Positions 1-11,173 of a stretch of 64,000 bases of DNA are shown one piece after another. The DNA is from Opitutaceae bacterium (GTDB lineage Bacteria > Verrucomicrobiota > Verrucomicrobiia > Opitutales > Coraliomargaritaceae). The stretch is taken from NCBI GenBank assembly GCA_051252375.1, contig JBPOFY010000004.1:160001-224000 (forward strand), read 5' to 3'. Positions within the stretch are counted from its first letter, which is position 1. Every line of letters begins with the position of its first letter. The notes below the pieces were generated by a model, which worked only from the letters and a program-made list of their open reading frames with translations, had not been told where the DNA came from and did no database searches. Both the position numbers and the translations under genes were made by a program.

Positions 1-1
1 G

Positions 2-2800
2 GCCAACGGGCTCAACGCCGTGGCATGGTCGAGTCGCTACGATGCAGTCGAGATCGCAGTGCAACGCCAAGCACTCGAAGATGCCGGCTGGCTCGGCGAC
101 CCCGCCACACTTAATTTCCAAGTCTTCACCACTCGCGACAGCACAGAGTCAGACGGGGCTGGAGATATTTCCGGACGCAACGACATACGCGATACGATCG
201 GCAACGACTGGCTCGCCTCCGACTACTGGAAAGATCAGGACAACATCCGGCTCAATGGTAAACTGACCGAATACTACGGACGTTCCAGCGACAACGACCG
301 CGGCAAAGCCGCCAAGGTGATGTTCCTCGCCCACGGCAATCAAGCCATGCAACCGGGCAACAAAATCCAGTCGCTCGTCCACGACGGCAGCAACGGCTAC
401 CTCAGCCTGCTTCAGACCCACGAGGACTATAACGCCCCGCTCTCCCTGCACATCACGGCGACGCTCGCATCTGCTCTGCAGTGGGCACACAATCCAAGCC
501 CTGGCGCACTCAACGACGGTCCCACATTCAACGACCGCCTTACGGCACTCATCGAGTCGGGGCAACTCGATCTCCTTGGCTCCACATTCTCGGATCATAT
601 ACCGAAATACTTCTCTTCCGATTTTAACACCTCCAACGTCGATCTCGCGGAAGTGTTCCTCGACACCATCTACGGCGATGGCGCACCGACCGTGTCTCGC
701 ACCGTATTCTGGGCGCCCGAACGCGTGCTGGATGACGAAACACTCAGCAACATCTCGAGCCTCGGATTCGACTACACCTTCGCCGACCAGTCCCGCCACT
801 TCCTGAAATGGTTTGGGCGCAGTTCTGCACTCGGCACCGACGGTTTCCGCATCAACGAAGTCAACGGTATCAAGATTTTCCCTATCCACGACACCACCTC
901 CGCTTACCTCGACGATACGCAGGACGAAGGTTCCTCTCAATCGGTGCGCGAACTGCTCTCACGTCGCGCCCGCAGTTCGACTCAAGATCAAGTCGCCGTC
1001 CTATGGCGCGATCTCGGCGATTTCACCAACAGCGATAAAGCGACCTCCTACGATGCCAATGTTCGCTGGCTCGCCAGCCGTCCATGGATCCGAGTGGTGA
1101 CTGCCAGCCAAATCATCAATGGCGAGATAGACTATATCGGTCTAGACAATGGCACCTACACGACATGGGGCACGATCAACCGTGGCAGCGGACAAAACCT
1201 AGTCCAGAGCGCCAAGGACTGGGTCGATCATGCCACCCAAGAAAACTACGACAACTGGTTCTTCGGATCCGGCAATGAAGAAGGGCTCACCAACCGCAGC
1301 TTCGGTGCGACGACGACCTTCGGTCAAGTTGGCAGTGGCGACGGCAAACACGCCGACACCACGTGGCAAGCGATCGCCGGTCTACCCACTGCAGACGGAT
1401 TATCCGATCTCGCCGTGACGACTTTCCACTCCGCAATGTTCCAGACCGCGTTCCACAACACGGACAACAACGACCTGAGTAAGTTCAGCACCGGCGACTA
1501 CATCTACCCCGACAGCCAGTCAGCACAAACGCTCGCCGACTTTGCCCGGGTCGCTCACGCCCAAACTCGTTTCGCAAATATCTACGCCCGTGTCGATCAA
1601 TGGACTGCCGCTCCACCCGCCACCACCGTCGCCTCCAAAGAGGACATCGACCTCGACGGAACTGATGAATACCTACTCTACAACGCCGAAGCCTTCGCGG
1701 TATTCGAAGCCATCGGCGGACGCATGACAGCCGGCTTCTCGCGCAACGCTCAAACCGGGCACGTGTTCCAGATTATGGGCACACAACCAGGCTTCGCGGG
1801 TTCGGACAACGAAGACGAAGGCACCGCCAATGCATTGGCTGGAGACGTCGCCAGCTTCCGAACTTCCGGCTTCAAAGACTGGTTCGCTCAAGGCAACGGC
1901 GGGGACACTTCACAATACGTTAACGCCACCTATACAGTCACCGCATCTGGCAGTAACGGTTGGACATTCACCTCCTCCGACGGCTACGTAGTCAAAACTA
2001 TCACACTGCCCGACAGCGCGCCACGCCTCGATGCTCAATACACGCTCACTGGCGATGTTAACAAACTCTACGTCCGCATGGGCCTCTCGCCCGACCTCAA
2101 ATCGTTGATGCTTCGCGGCCAAGCCGACCTCTCGTTCAGCCACGACGCAGGCAACAGACGCATCGCATTGTCCAATGCCTTCGCCGAGCCGGTCACTGCC
2201 GCCGTCGAATACACCGCTACCGCCAGCTACAACGACGCCGCCTTCGACGACGACCCAAGCAATGGCGCCGATTGGACGACCGTTGCCATGCGTAACCAGG
2301 CATTCACCCAGCAGGTCGAAATCGAAAATGTCACTGGCCAAACCACCTTCGGGATCAGCCTGAGCATGGACACAGCAGCCACCGACAACGATAACGACGA
2401 CCTACCCAACTGGTGGGAGTTTGACAACAGCCTCGACGCCTACGACGGCACAGGCAGCAACGGCAACGCCGGCAACGACGACGGCGACGCTTACACAAAC
2501 TTTGAAGAATACGTCCTCGGCCTCGACCTGACAGTAGCCGAGTTCAACGGTAAACCACAGGGCCTAGTTGCACCCAATGGCAGTGGTGGCTTCACTGTGA
2601 CCTTCCCCGTTCTCGCGGGAAGAAGTTACCGAATCTGGTATGTCGATAATCTCTTCGGCATTTGGCAGACAGCTGGTGACAGCTTCTCCATCAACGAGGA
2701 CGAACCCGCCCACGTCTTTACCGACGATGGCACACACACCTCGCCAGCTCCAAACACTGTTGATAATCGATTCTACAAAATCGAAATCACACGCCCTTAA
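2..2800 (+). CDS. GH57-family glycoside hydrolase, multidomain, 5'-partial, with acidic DxDxD repeats and C-terminal FY-motif domain
   Basis: Frame is open from the window edge. GH57-like motifs HGNQ, LHITATL and FWAPERV, plus DIDLDGTDEYLLYN. Tail reads DNDNDDLPNWWE...RFYKIEITRP. Confidence 0.75.
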   Translation, partial: ANGLNAVAWSSRYDAVEIAVQRQALEDAGWLGDPATLNFQVFTTRDSTESDGAGDISGRNDIRDTIGNDWLASDYWKDQDNIRLNGKLTEYYGRSSDNDRGKAAKVMFLAHGNQAMQPGNKIQSLVHDGSNGYLSLLQTHEDYNAPLSLHITATLASALQWAHNPSPGALNDGPTFNDRLTALIESGQLDLLGSTFSDHIPKYFSSDFNTSNVDLAEVFLDTIYGDGAPTVSRTVFWAPERVLDDETLSNISSLGFDYTFADQSRHFLKWFGRSSALGTDGFRINEVNGIKIFPIHDTTSAYLDDTQDEGSSQSVRELLSRRARSSTQDQVAVLWRDLGDFTNSDKATSYDANVRWLASRPWIRVVTASQIINGEIDYIGLDNGTYTTWGTINRGSGQNLVQSAKDWVDHATQENYDNWFFGSGNEEGLTNRSFGATTTFGQVGSGDGKHADTTWQAIAGLPTADGLSDLAVTTFHSAMFQTAFHNTDNNDLSKFSTGDYIYPDSQSAQTLADFARVAHAQTRFANIYARVDQWTAAPPATTVASKEDIDLDGTDEYLLYNAEAFAVFEAIGGRMTAGFSRNAQTGHVFQIMGTQPGFAGSDNEDEGTANALAGDVASFRTSGFKDWFAQGNGGDTSQYVNATYTVTASGSNGWTFTSSDGYVVKTITLPDSAPRLDAQYTLTGDVNKLYVRMGLSPDLKSLMLRGQADLSFSHDAGNRRIALSNAFAEPVTAAVEYTATASYNDAAFDDDPSNGADWTTVAMRNQAFTQQVEIENVTGQTTFGISLSMDTAATDNDNDDLPNWWEFDNSLDAYDGTGSNGNAGNDDGDAYTNFEEYVLGLDLTVAEFNGKPQGLVAPNGSGGFTVTFPVLAGRSYRIWYVDNLFGIWQTAGDSFSINEDEPAHVFTDDGTHTSPAPNTVDNRFYKIEITRP

Positions 2801-2808
2801 TTCTCCAG

Positions 2809-5800
2809 ATGAAATACTTCTCACGCATCTCCTGCATCTTTCTTTCTACCGCAGCAGCCCTACAAGCCGCCGGCGTCCTTGAAGTTCGCGCGCAAGGCTA
2901 TGATTTTCGAAGCGCAGAATACACGACGACTCATGTGTTTGTAGATGAAATTGTCGGCACGACCGAGGACATTGAAATCCTCTACAATCTGGACGGCTTT
3001 ACCAATATAACTGACGTCGAAGTTTACACGAACGTGAATCGTCGCGACCTCGCACGAATCGATAAAAACAGCGACAACTATGCCGACGGCATACATCCCG
3101 TCGACGGGAATAGCATAACCGATTCTGCCAGTGATACCGATACCATCACCGGTCACTATTACGCCCCGCTCAACATGACGGATGGCGACTCCAATAATAT
3201 CTGGGAGCTCACCATCCCTGCGTCGAAAACAGGTGCCTATCGTCTAACCGCACGCTTCAAAACGTCCGACTCCATTACCGAAAACAGCAACGACCCGAAC
3301 AACTGGATATGGTATGGTCTGCGTGACCACGCAGTCGTGGTCTCTCCTGTCGATGCACGAGAAGTTCGCCTCTACGAAATCAATGTGTTCAACGTCGAAG
3401 CCAGTGGTGACACTTTCGCACAACGCTCCACTTTCGAAGACCTTCACAATGCAAGTGGCGCTGCACATGCTGCCAACAACCGTTGGGACCTGACCTACCT
3501 CAAAGATCTCGGCATGAATTGGCTCTGGTTCCAACCGATCCACCCGAACGGGATCGACGGTCGCGAGCCAGACGATGGATTTGGCGGCACCGGCTCCCCT
3601 TACGATCCGGGCAGCCCCTATGCCGTGAAGAACTTCTTCGAAGTCAACGAGCTGATGACAATCAACTATAATAGCTCCAACACCATCGCCCAAAAGCGTG
3701 CCGCGTCCATGTTGGCATTTCAAAATTTCGTGACAGCAGCCGACACCGAAGAAGTCGGGGTTATGTTGGACGCCCCCTTCAATCATACCGCCTTTGATGT
3801 TGAACTCGCACAAATCGGCGTAGACCTCTTTGAACCGGACGGCCAAACTTGGAGTGCCACAGACGAGATCCGCAACCGCGACGCACGCTTCTTTTCACGC
3901 GACTACAATCCCGCAGTAGTCGGCGCAAAAGACCCATTCGTTGATGGAGGTGAGAACTACGGTGATCGTGCAACCAATGCTACTGATATTGCTCCTGGTC
4001 CGGACCGTTTTGATTTCGGCAAATGGAACGATGTCAAAGATGTATACTTTGGTCGTTATGATTCACTAGTAGAATACAATGATTTTAACGGATCAGGCAC
4101 AGAAGGCGAAAGCCACAAAAGTGAGGGCGACTGGTTTGATTTCGGAGACTCAGAGTGGACAAGCAATGACTTCACTCGGGACAGCCAGCAGTGGAATACG
4201 ACACGACTCGTCTGGGACTACTTTGCTGAATACGCAGTCTTTTGGTTAGAGCAAACTGGCTACACCGCTGGCACTGCAAAGACCGAAGCGAATCGCCATC
4301 TCGGCATCGATGGGCTACGTTGCGACTTTGGCCAAGGCCTTCCTCCACGTGCATGGGAATACATGATCAACGTCGCACGTCAGCGGAAGTGGAACTTCGT
4401 CATGATGTCGGAATCACTTGACGGTGGCGCGGTCACCTACCGCTCGAATCGACACTTTGATATCCTCAATGAGAACATCACATTCGGTCTGAACTCCGCA
4501 TCCGATAAGTCCGCTTTTCGCGCCATCTTCGATGATCGCCGCAGCGCCTATGGGCAAGGGCTCGTGCTGCTGAACAACACCTCTCACGACGAAGCCACCC
4601 CGAGCGATCCTTGGGAGGCGGTCGTGCGAAGTGCGGCTGTAGGCATGATGGATGGCGCCACAATGATTTTCCCTGGCCAGGAACTCGGCATCGCAGGCAC
4701 CTACGGCTACGACAACTATGAATTGAATTTCGGCAAAAACATCCCTCACTTCAAACGCTGGAACTCCATGATGCCAATTTGGAATGACAGTAACTTCGGC
4801 AACGATCAGCTTTACCCTGTATATGCTGGCATTCAAAACGCACGTAAAAATAGCCCTGCACTGACGAGCTCCAATCGCTGGTTTCTCGATAGCGATAACA
4901 ACAACACTAAAATCTTTGCCGCAGCCAAATACGAAACCGCCTACGCCTCACCGGCGACATCGGACGTCGTGCTCGGATTTGTCAACGTGGACCGCAACAA
5001 CACACACAATGATACCTTCACAATCCCTTCCACGCTCGCTACACTTTTAGGTCTACAAGATGGGCGCACCTACAACGTTAAAAACATTGCAGCATATACC
5101 GAGCAGCAAGCCAATCGACGCGACCTCTGGCTCTGGGGCAGTGGAATCACTGGCGCAAATCTCAAGAGCACCGGCGCTTTCTCCGTAAATCTCTACAAAG
5201 TGCCCACCGCGAACTCCACCTGGATCGCGGAACCCTACGAGGCTCAATACCTGAAAGTTTACGACGTCACGCCACCACCTGCGCCCACACAGCCCGCCAA
5301 CTCGACTGGCCAGAGTTACGTCTTTAGTGATGAAGTGACCTTCAATTGGAGTGCGTCTCCATCGAACACCGCCGACGACAATATCGCATCATACAAAATA
5401 GTGATCAAACAAGTCAGCGACGACGCAATCGTCTTCCAGGGAAATGTCGGTGATGTGAATACCTACGAATACACCGGCTCACATGGAGACGACCTCTACG
5501 CAATTGTGATCCCTGTCAGCGTTGCCAATATCGAAGGATCATCTAGCGCAGCCAGCAGCTCGGTAGAGCTCATCGACCCCGCCGGCGATGAAGATAGCGA
5601 CGGCATGGATAACGCCTCTGAAGTCATTGCAGGCACAGACCCATTCAACAGTGGCTCCTTACTTAAAATCATCGAAGCTGCTCCGAATAATTCTAACTTC
5701 TTCACAATCTCATGGCCGAGTGTTCTCAATATCACATACGGCATTCAATCCAAAGAAGAGCTCTCTGCGATGATATGGGACACTGAAGAAACTGGTCTAG

Positions 5801-5895
5801 TTGGAACCGGCAACCAGATGTATTGGTCAGACCCAGAAGCGATGGACTCTGAGACGCTACTTACAAAATTTTATCGAGTTATTGTTGTTCAGTAG
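2809..5895 (+). CDS. Secreted GH13 alpha-amylase-family enzyme with FN3-like domain and C-terminal FY-motif domain
   Basis: Signal peptide. GH13 regions QPIHP, GSPYAV, DAPFNHT, DGLRCDFGQG (nucleophile), MSES (acid/base), TSHDE. Tail reads DEDSDGMDN...GTDP...KFYRVIVVQ. Confidence 0.85.
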   Translation: MKYFSRISCIFLSTAAALQAAGVLEVRAQGYDFRSAEYTTTHVFVDEIVGTTEDIEILYNLDGFTNITDVEVYTNVNRRDLARIDKNSDNYADGIHPVDGNSITDSASDTDTITGHYYAPLNMTDGDSNNIWELTIPASKTGAYRLTARFKTSDSITENSNDPNNWIWYGLRDHAVVVSPVDAREVRLYEINVFNVEASGDTFAQRSTFEDLHNASGAAHAANNRWDLTYLKDLGMNWLWFQPIHPNGIDGREPDDGFGGTGSPYDPGSPYAVKNFFEVNELMTINYNSSNTIAQKRAASMLAFQNFVTAADTEEVGVMLDAPFNHTAFDVELAQIGVDLFEPDGQTWSATDEIRNRDARFFSRDYNPAVVGAKDPFVDGGENYGDRATNATDIAPGPDRFDFGKWNDVKDVYFGRYDSLVEYNDFNGSGTEGESHKSEGDWFDFGDSEWTSNDFTRDSQQWNTTRLVWDYFAEYAVFWLEQTGYTAGTAKTEANRHLGIDGLRCDFGQGLPPRAWEYMINVARQRKWNFVMMSESLDGGAVTYRSNRHFDILNENITFGLNSASDKSAFRAIFDDRRSAYGQGLVLLNNTSHDEATPSDPWEAVVRSAAVGMMDGATMIFPGQELGIAGTYGYDNYELNFGKNIPHFKRWNSMMPIWNDSNFGNDQLYPVYAGIQNARKNSPALTSSNRWFLDSDNNNTKIFAAAKYETAYASPATSDVVLGFVNVDRNNTHNDTFTIPSTLATLLGLQDGRTYNVKNIAAYTEQQANRRDLWLWGSGITGANLKSTGAFSVNLYKVPTANSTWIAEPYEAQYLKVYDVTPPPAPTQPANSTGQSYVFSDEVTFNWSASPSNTADDNIASYKIVIKQVSDDAIVFQGNVGDVNTYEYTGSHGDDLYAIVIPVSVANIEGSSSAASSSVELIDPAGDEDSDGMDNASEVIAGTDPFNSGSLLKIIEAAPNNSNFFTISWPSVLNITYGIQSKEELSAMIWDTEETGLVGTGNQMYWSDPEAMDSETLLTKFYRVIVVQ

Positions 5896-5961
5896 CCAAA
5901 AGAGCTAAAGGCAGGTATGCCTCCATACGAAAATTAGTTCTCTGCCCAACTGTGTTTATCC

Positions 5962-7689
5962 GTGATTAGAAAAGTCCTTTACCTATGCCTACTGGCGCTG
6001 GCTACACACGCCCACGCAAGCACGCCTGACTGGGCGAAGGATGTCATTTGGTATCAAATATTCCCGGAGCGTTTTGCCAACGGAGACCGGACAAACGACC
6101 CCACCCGCGCATCGTTAACAGATCCAAATCGAGTCACACAAAAATGGCAGGTCATGGACTGGAACGCACCGTGGACCGACCGGGCGGAATGGGAGAAAGA
6201 AATGACCCCATATTTTCACGACTCACTACAGCATCGACGCTATGGAGGTGATCTCCAGGGAATCATTGATCGACTCGATTACCTGCAAAATCTGGGAATT
6301 ACAGGTATTTACCTAAACCCGATCTTTTACGCCAACTCACTCCATAAATACGACGGCAACTGCTTTCATCATATTGACCCCCACTTCGGGCCCGACCCTG
6401 CTGGCGACCTAAAGCTGATGGAGCATGAAACAACGGATCCAAAGACCTGGCAATCCACCGCGGCCGATAGACTCTTCATCAAGCTAATCAGAGATGCTCG
6501 AAGACGCGGCATCCGTATCATCATCGACGGAGTCTGGAATCACACCGGACGCGACTTCTTCGGCTTCACCGACCTCCTTAAAAATGGATACACTTCTCCA
6601 TACGCCGATTGGTTCGACATCATCTCCTTCGACTACCCCGACACCCCTGAAAATGAATTCGATTACAGAGGCTGGCACGGCTTCAAAAGTTTACCCATCT
6701 TCGCCAACCACGCCTCAGGTCGAAACCTAGCCGATGGTCCCAAGCAATACATCTTCGATGCGACTCGACGCTGGATGGACCCAAATGGAGACGGCAACCC
6801 AAACGACGGTGTCGATGGCTGGCGCCTCGATGTAGCCGAAGAGCTCCCGCATGGCTTTTGGCAAGAGTGGCACGCATACATCCGTGAAATCAATCCCGAG
6901 GTCTTCACCTCCGCCGAAATTTGGGGCAGTGCGAGTCAATACCTTCAAGACACAAACTTTAGCTCTGCGATGAACTACCGTGGCTTTGCGATCCCCGTCA
7001 AAGGCTGGCTGATCGACGGTAAAACCAGTGCGAGTGATTTTGCCTACAGGTTAGAAACAGAGCAATCCAGTCATAGTGGAGAAACCGCCTATGTCCTGCA
7101 AAACCTAATCGATTCGCACGATACGCAACGCGTCGCCTCAGCGATCGCCAACCGAAATACCTTTCCGTGGTATAAAAACGCCGATTCGTTTGACTACGAC
7201 GACGGCGAACGCGTCAACGCGCGCACCGAAGGCTACAACAATGAATCACCCGATGAAGCAGGTCGCCGCATCTGGAAAATGCTCGCCCTGTTTCAAGCCA
7301 CCTATGTCGGCGCACCGATGATCTACTACGGAACCGCAGCCGGCATGTGGGGAGCGGACGACCCGGACGATCGCATGCCCATGCGTTGGGATAACATCGA
7401 CCGAGACATCTACTACACTTACCGCACGACATTAGCCTTACGCCGCCAATACACCGCGCTCCGCAGAGGGAGCTTCAAAGTCCTGGAGACTAGAGATGAA
7501 TCGCAAGTATTCGCCTTCGAACGAATGCACAACGACGATCGCTTCGTTATCGTGCTCAATCGAGGCAACGAGGAGGCCACGCTCGGCACCGATTATCTAA
7601 AAGGGCTAACGAAAATCTATGCGACGGACGATCGGGCATCCACAAAACGCCTCCCTCCCCTCAGTGGTGCCATTTTCGGCACAGATTAG
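5962..7689 (+). CDS. GH13 neopullulanase/cyclomaltodextrinase-like enzyme with signal peptide
   Basis: WYQIFPERF, YGGDLQGIIDRLDYL, DGVWNH, DGWRLDVAEE, DSHDTQR. Signal peptide ends AHA. Confidence 0.9.
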   Translation: MIRKVLYLCLLALATHAHASTPDWAKDVIWYQIFPERFANGDRTNDPTRASLTDPNRVTQKWQVMDWNAPWTDRAEWEKEMTPYFHDSLQHRRYGGDLQGIIDRLDYLQNLGITGIYLNPIFYANSLHKYDGNCFHHIDPHFGPDPAGDLKLMEHETTDPKTWQSTAADRLFIKLIRDARRRGIRIIIDGVWNHTGRDFFGFTDLLKNGYTSPYADWFDIISFDYPDTPENEFDYRGWHGFKSLPIFANHASGRNLADGPKQYIFDATRRWMDPNGDGNPNDGVDGWRLDVAEELPHGFWQEWHAYIREINPEVFTSAEIWGSASQYLQDTNFSSAMNYRGFAIPVKGWLIDGKTSASDFAYRLETEQSSHSGETAYVLQNLIDSHDTQRVASAIANRNTFPWYKNADSFDYDDGERVNARTEGYNNESPDEAGRRIWKMLALFQATYVGAPMIYYGTAAGMWGADDPDDRMPMRWDNIDRDIYYTYRTTLALRRQYTALRRGSFKVLETRDESQVFAFERMHNDDRFVIVLNRGNEEATLGTDYLKGLTKIYATDDRASTKRLPPLSGAIFGTD

Positions 7690-7909
7690 AAGACCATTCT
7701 AATTCAGGCATAGAATAGTGGCGTTACTCAAGAGAGTTAATAGAATATGGGCTGCCGACTCACCGAATTACCCCTGATAGCATAGAATGAGGTTGTCCCA
7801 ATGGGAACTAATTAGATTATAGTGAGTGTTCAGAGTGAAAGCGCCAGTCATTGGCATCCTGCTGTAAATGATAGACTCGCCCGCTGAACCTCAACCTTAG
7901 CTCTCTCCC

Positions 7910-8671
7910 ATGCTATTAAAATACTTCATTCGCCTAGGCCTAGTGGCTGCGGTGTCGGCCTTGCCGCTCGCTGCACAGGACTCGATCCAAGAAACCCGCA
8001 ACACACTCGATCAATGGGTGCAGACGCGCCAAATCATCTCTAAGGAGCAGAACGACTGGAAACTGGAGCATTCGATGCTCAAAGATACAGAGGCCATGCT
8101 TAACAAGGAGCTAAAACGTCTGGATGAATCGCTGGAAGACCTGAAAGCTTCAGCTTCGGCAGCCGACGAGGATCGCACCCAACTAGCTGCAGAAAAAGAA
8201 GAGTTGGTGGCGGCCGCCGCCATCGTCGAAGGCCAAATCGGCGCCTTGGAGACACAACTCCATGCGATAGTGAAAAGCTTTCCGCAACCTCTGGTAGATA
8301 AGATCAAGCCCTTGATCCGTCGCCTCCCCGACGACCCCGAAAAGACGGAGCTCACCCTAGGTGAGCGCGTTCAGAACATCGTCGGCATTCTTAGTCAGGC
8401 CGACAAGTTCAACACCACGATCACACAGACCAGTGAATCACGCGAAATTGACGAAGGTCGAGTGGTCGAAGTGCGCACACTCTATTGGGGTCTGGCTATG
8501 GCATATTACGTGGATGCTTCCGGCGAGTATGCCGGAATCGGAATACCCGCCGCGGACGGTTGGACGTGGCCCAAAATCGAAGGTGCTGGGGAACAGATCA
8601 AACGCCTACTCGATGTTTACGAAGGGTCTGGAGAGATTCAATTCGTGGAAGTGCCTGCGCGTATCAACTAA
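7910..8671 (+). CDS. DUF3450-family periplasmic coiled-coil protein
   Basis: Signal peptide, long coiled coil, [13 protein letters not shown] motif. Position upstream of a large ExbB-like gene is typical for this family. Confidence 0.75.
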   Translation: MLLKYFIRLGLVAAVSALPLAAQDSIQETRNTLDQWVQTRQIISKEQNDWKLEHSMLKDTEAMLNKELKRLDESLEDLKASASAADEDRTQLAAEKEELVAAAAIVEGQIGALETQLHAIVKSFPQPLVDKIKPLIRRLPDDPEKTELTLGERVQNIVGILSQADKFNTTITQTSESREIDEGRVVEVRTLYWGLAMAYYVDASGEYAGIGIPAADGWTWPKIEGAGEQIKRLLDVYEGSGEIQFVEVPARIN

Positions 8672-8688
8672 GCCAAACGGAGCCTATT

Positions 8689-10068
8689 ATGTCTTATTTC
8701 AAAACCGGTTTACTCCTCTTCGCGTTCACGTCACTTTCTATGCACGGACAAAGCTTTGATTCGGCAGAGTCCAAAGTGCGTGCCGACCTAGAGTCCTCCC
8801 TACAGGAACTCTCACAAGTGCGCACCACCATCGCCGATGAAAAAATTCCACTCATGCGTGCCGTCGCTGAAGTTGAGAATGATGTCATTCAAAAACGCGC
8901 TGAACTCGAGCGCCTACGCCGACTCCGCGACAACAGCGATCTTGGTCTCAATCGCCTACGCGATCAGGTCAAAGGCATGGGAGAACAAAACGAATATGCA
9001 GCCGGCCTGCTCGATGAGTTCGTGCGTTCCTTTGAAACACGGATCGATGAATCAGAAGTGCAGCTTTATTCTCAGGCGACCGAAGATGCCCGACTGGCTC
9101 TGGATGATTCCGACATGGGGCAAAACCAACGCTTTCAGAAGCAAATCGATGTGATCGAAGTCGCCCTCAATCGTCTAGACCAACTAGTGGGTGGCTATCG
9201 TTTTGAAGGGCGCGCGCTAGCTCCAAGCGGTCAAATCGAAGAGGGGCAATTTGCCGTCCTCGGACCGACAGTCTATTTCGTCTCAAAGCAGTCAGATCTA
9301 GCTGGCATAACATTCAATAAGCTAAACGCAGCAGAGGCGGCGATTGCAGTGCCCGGCCTAGAATATGCCAGCGGCATTCAAGCACTGGTAGAAAGCGGTG
9401 AAGGCACGGTACCTGCAGATGCTACCCTAGGTAAGGCACTCAAGATCGTCGAAGGCAATGACTCGATCATGGAGCACCTAGCCAAAGGCGGCAGTGTCGG
9501 ATTAGTCATCATCGCCCTCGGTATACTCTGCCTGCTTCTTGGCCTGATCAAGCTACTGGAAGTTACCAAGTTCAAAGCACCTAAGGCTGAACTGGTGCAA
9601 AAGGTTCTCCAACTGCTTAACGGAGGCGACACCGCCAATGCGCAAACAATCGCAAGTACTGACACCACTGGCATGCTTCCCGCCGGAGTCCAAAACGCAG
9701 AGGCCAAACGCGGCACTTTGGAAGAGATCCTCTACGAAAGAATCCTCGCAGTGCGCCCAGGCTTGGAACGCTTTTTACCATTCATCGCACTGACTGCGGC
9801 TGCCGCACCACTCCTCGGACTTTTGGGAACCGTCACTGGCATGATTAAAACCTTTAACCTGATCACCATCTTCGGCACGGGGGACGCGAAGAGCTTGTCG
9901 TCCGGTATTTCCGAAGCGCTGGTGACCACTGAGCTTGGTCTCATAGTCGCGATTCCCGCACTGATCATGCACGGTCTGCTCTCACGTATGGCCCGCCAGA
10001 AGATTGGTGAAATGGAGCAATCGGCAGTCGGTTTCATTAACGGCGTCAGTAGCAAATCAGAAAAGTAA
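8689..10068 (+). CDS. Large MotA/TolQ/ExbB proton-channel protein (TtpC-like)
   Basis: Start reassigned to ATG 8689 (MSYFKTG). Periplasmic coiled-coil domain, then [14 protein letters not shown] and [13 protein letters not shown]. Confidence 0.9.
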   Translation: MSYFKTGLLLFAFTSLSMHGQSFDSAESKVRADLESSLQELSQVRTTIADEKIPLMRAVAEVENDVIQKRAELERLRRLRDNSDLGLNRLRDQVKGMGEQNEYAAGLLDEFVRSFETRIDESEVQLYSQATEDARLALDDSDMGQNQRFQKQIDVIEVALNRLDQLVGGYRFEGRALAPSGQIEEGQFAVLGPTVYFVSKQSDLAGITFNKLNAAEAAIAVPGLEYASGIQALVESGEGTVPADATLGKALKIVEGNDSIMEHLAKGGSVGLVIIALGILCLLLGLIKLLEVTKFKAPKAELVQKVLQLLNGGDTANAQTIASTDTTGMLPAGVQNAEAKRGTLEEILYERILAVRPGLERFLPFIALTAAAAPLLGLLGTVTGMIKTFNLITIFGTGDAKSLSSGISEALVTTELGLIVAIPALIMHGLLSRMARQKIGEMEQSAVGFINGVSSKSEK

Positions 10069-10074
10069 TTTCCT

Positions 10075-10659
10075 ATGTTGGACAAAATTATCAGTATCTG
10101 GTTTAGCGGAGGGTGGGTAATGATCCCACTCGCGCTTCTCGCTGTGCTGATCTACACCACTGGTGTGGGCTTACTGATATTTCTACGCAGGGGCAATGTG
10201 CAGCTCGGTCATGAAAGCGAATGGCTGACCTGGATACAGTCCCCGTCAAATGCCAAAGGCCGAGCTGGGGAAATCATCCGCTACACTCAGGACGACGTCC
10301 ACAATGCCAGACAAATGCGCAATCGTTTCAACGAAGTCCGCATGAGCCTGCTGGATAACGTCGACCGCCGACTGGTCTTCCTATCTACTTTAATCGCGGC
10401 AGCTCCGCTCATGGGGCTCCTCGGCACGGTGATTGGAATGCTAGGCACCTTCGCCGCAATCTCTATGGGAGGCGGAGCCGAGACCGCCGCCATGGTGGCT
10501 GCGGGTATTTCCGAAGCGCTCATCACCACACAGACAGGACTCTTTATCGCCCTCCCCGGCATTTTCCTTGCCCTCATCATCCGTCGCAAGAAACACAGTG
10601 TAGAAGCCGCGCTTGCACGGATTGAATCCCTTAGCCTGACCCAACTAGAATTGGATTAA
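10075..10659 (+). CDS. exbB: ExbB/TolQ-family proton channel protein
   Basis: [13 protein letters not shown] and [13 protein letters not shown]. Confidence 0.9.
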   Translation: MLDKIISIWFSGGWVMIPLALLAVLIYTTGVGLLIFLRRGNVQLGHESEWLTWIQSPSNAKGRAGEIIRYTQDDVHNARQMRNRFNEVRMSLLDNVDRRLVFLSTLIAAAPLMGLLGTVIGMLGTFAAISMGGGAETAAMVAAGISEALITTQTGLFIALPGIFLALIIRRKKHSVEAALARIESLSLTQLELD

Positions 10660-10700
10660 TCCATTCGCGATCAGCCATCAAACATTAGCCATCTACTCCC

Positions 10701-11099
10701 ATGCGCCGTAACCTAGCATCTGAAGACAACGATAACGTCGAGATCAACCTCTCGCCGATGATCGACATGGTCTTTATTCTTTTGATCTTCTTTATCGTCA
10801 CCACGGTCTTCGTCGAAGAGACGGGAGTCGAAGTCAATAAGCCGGAAGCGGCAGCCGCCATCCAATTGGAAAAGAATAGCATCCTTATTGCCGTGACGGC
10901 AGACAACAAAGTCATCTACGGCGGACGCGACATTGGCGTGGGCGGGGTCGCTCCTGTGGTCAAACGCCTAACTCTGCAGGAAGATATCCCAGTCATCATT
11001 CAGACCGACGCAGCCGCCAACCATGACACCTTCGCCCGCGTCTATGGTGAAGCCAAATTGGCTGGAGCAAAATCAATCAACTTTTCAACCAAGCGTTAA
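10701..11099 (+). CDS. exbD: Biopolymer transport protein ExbD
   Basis: [19 protein letters not shown] transmembrane motif with the conserved Asp. Confidence 0.92.
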   Translation: MRRNLASEDNDNVEINLSPMIDMVFILLIFFIVTTVFVEETGVEVNKPEAAAAIQLEKNSILIAVTADNKVIYGGRDIGVGGVAPVVKRLTLQEDIPVIIQTDAAANHDTFARVYGEAKLAGAKSINFSTKR

Positions 11100-11120
11100 A
11101 TCTTTTAGTTCTGAATAATC

Positions 11121-11173
11121 ATGGCTCTCGCCTAGCCCGCGCCGAGATCCGGACCCCTTACGAAATTAGATAA
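11121..11173 (+). pseudogene. Possible deletion scar of a tonB gene
   Basis: ATG GCT CTC GCC TA is joined out of frame to ...ARAEIRTPYEIR-stop, at the position where tonB usually lies in this operon type. Confidence 0.35.

Noticed and set aside
149..940. Long antisense ORFs (also 59478-60275, 13933-14571 and 30581-31036)
   Set aside because: They lie opposite well-supported genes and carry no recognisable motifs, as expected from codon bias.
7790..7855. Operator palindrome TCCCA-A-TGGGA upstream of the DUF3450 gene
   Set aside because: Only 5-bp arms, a single occurrence and no regulator in the window.
8485..8688. N-terminal extension of the TtpC-like ORF in the track
   Set aside because: It overlaps the DUF3450 gene. 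ATG 8689 gives a proper signal peptide.
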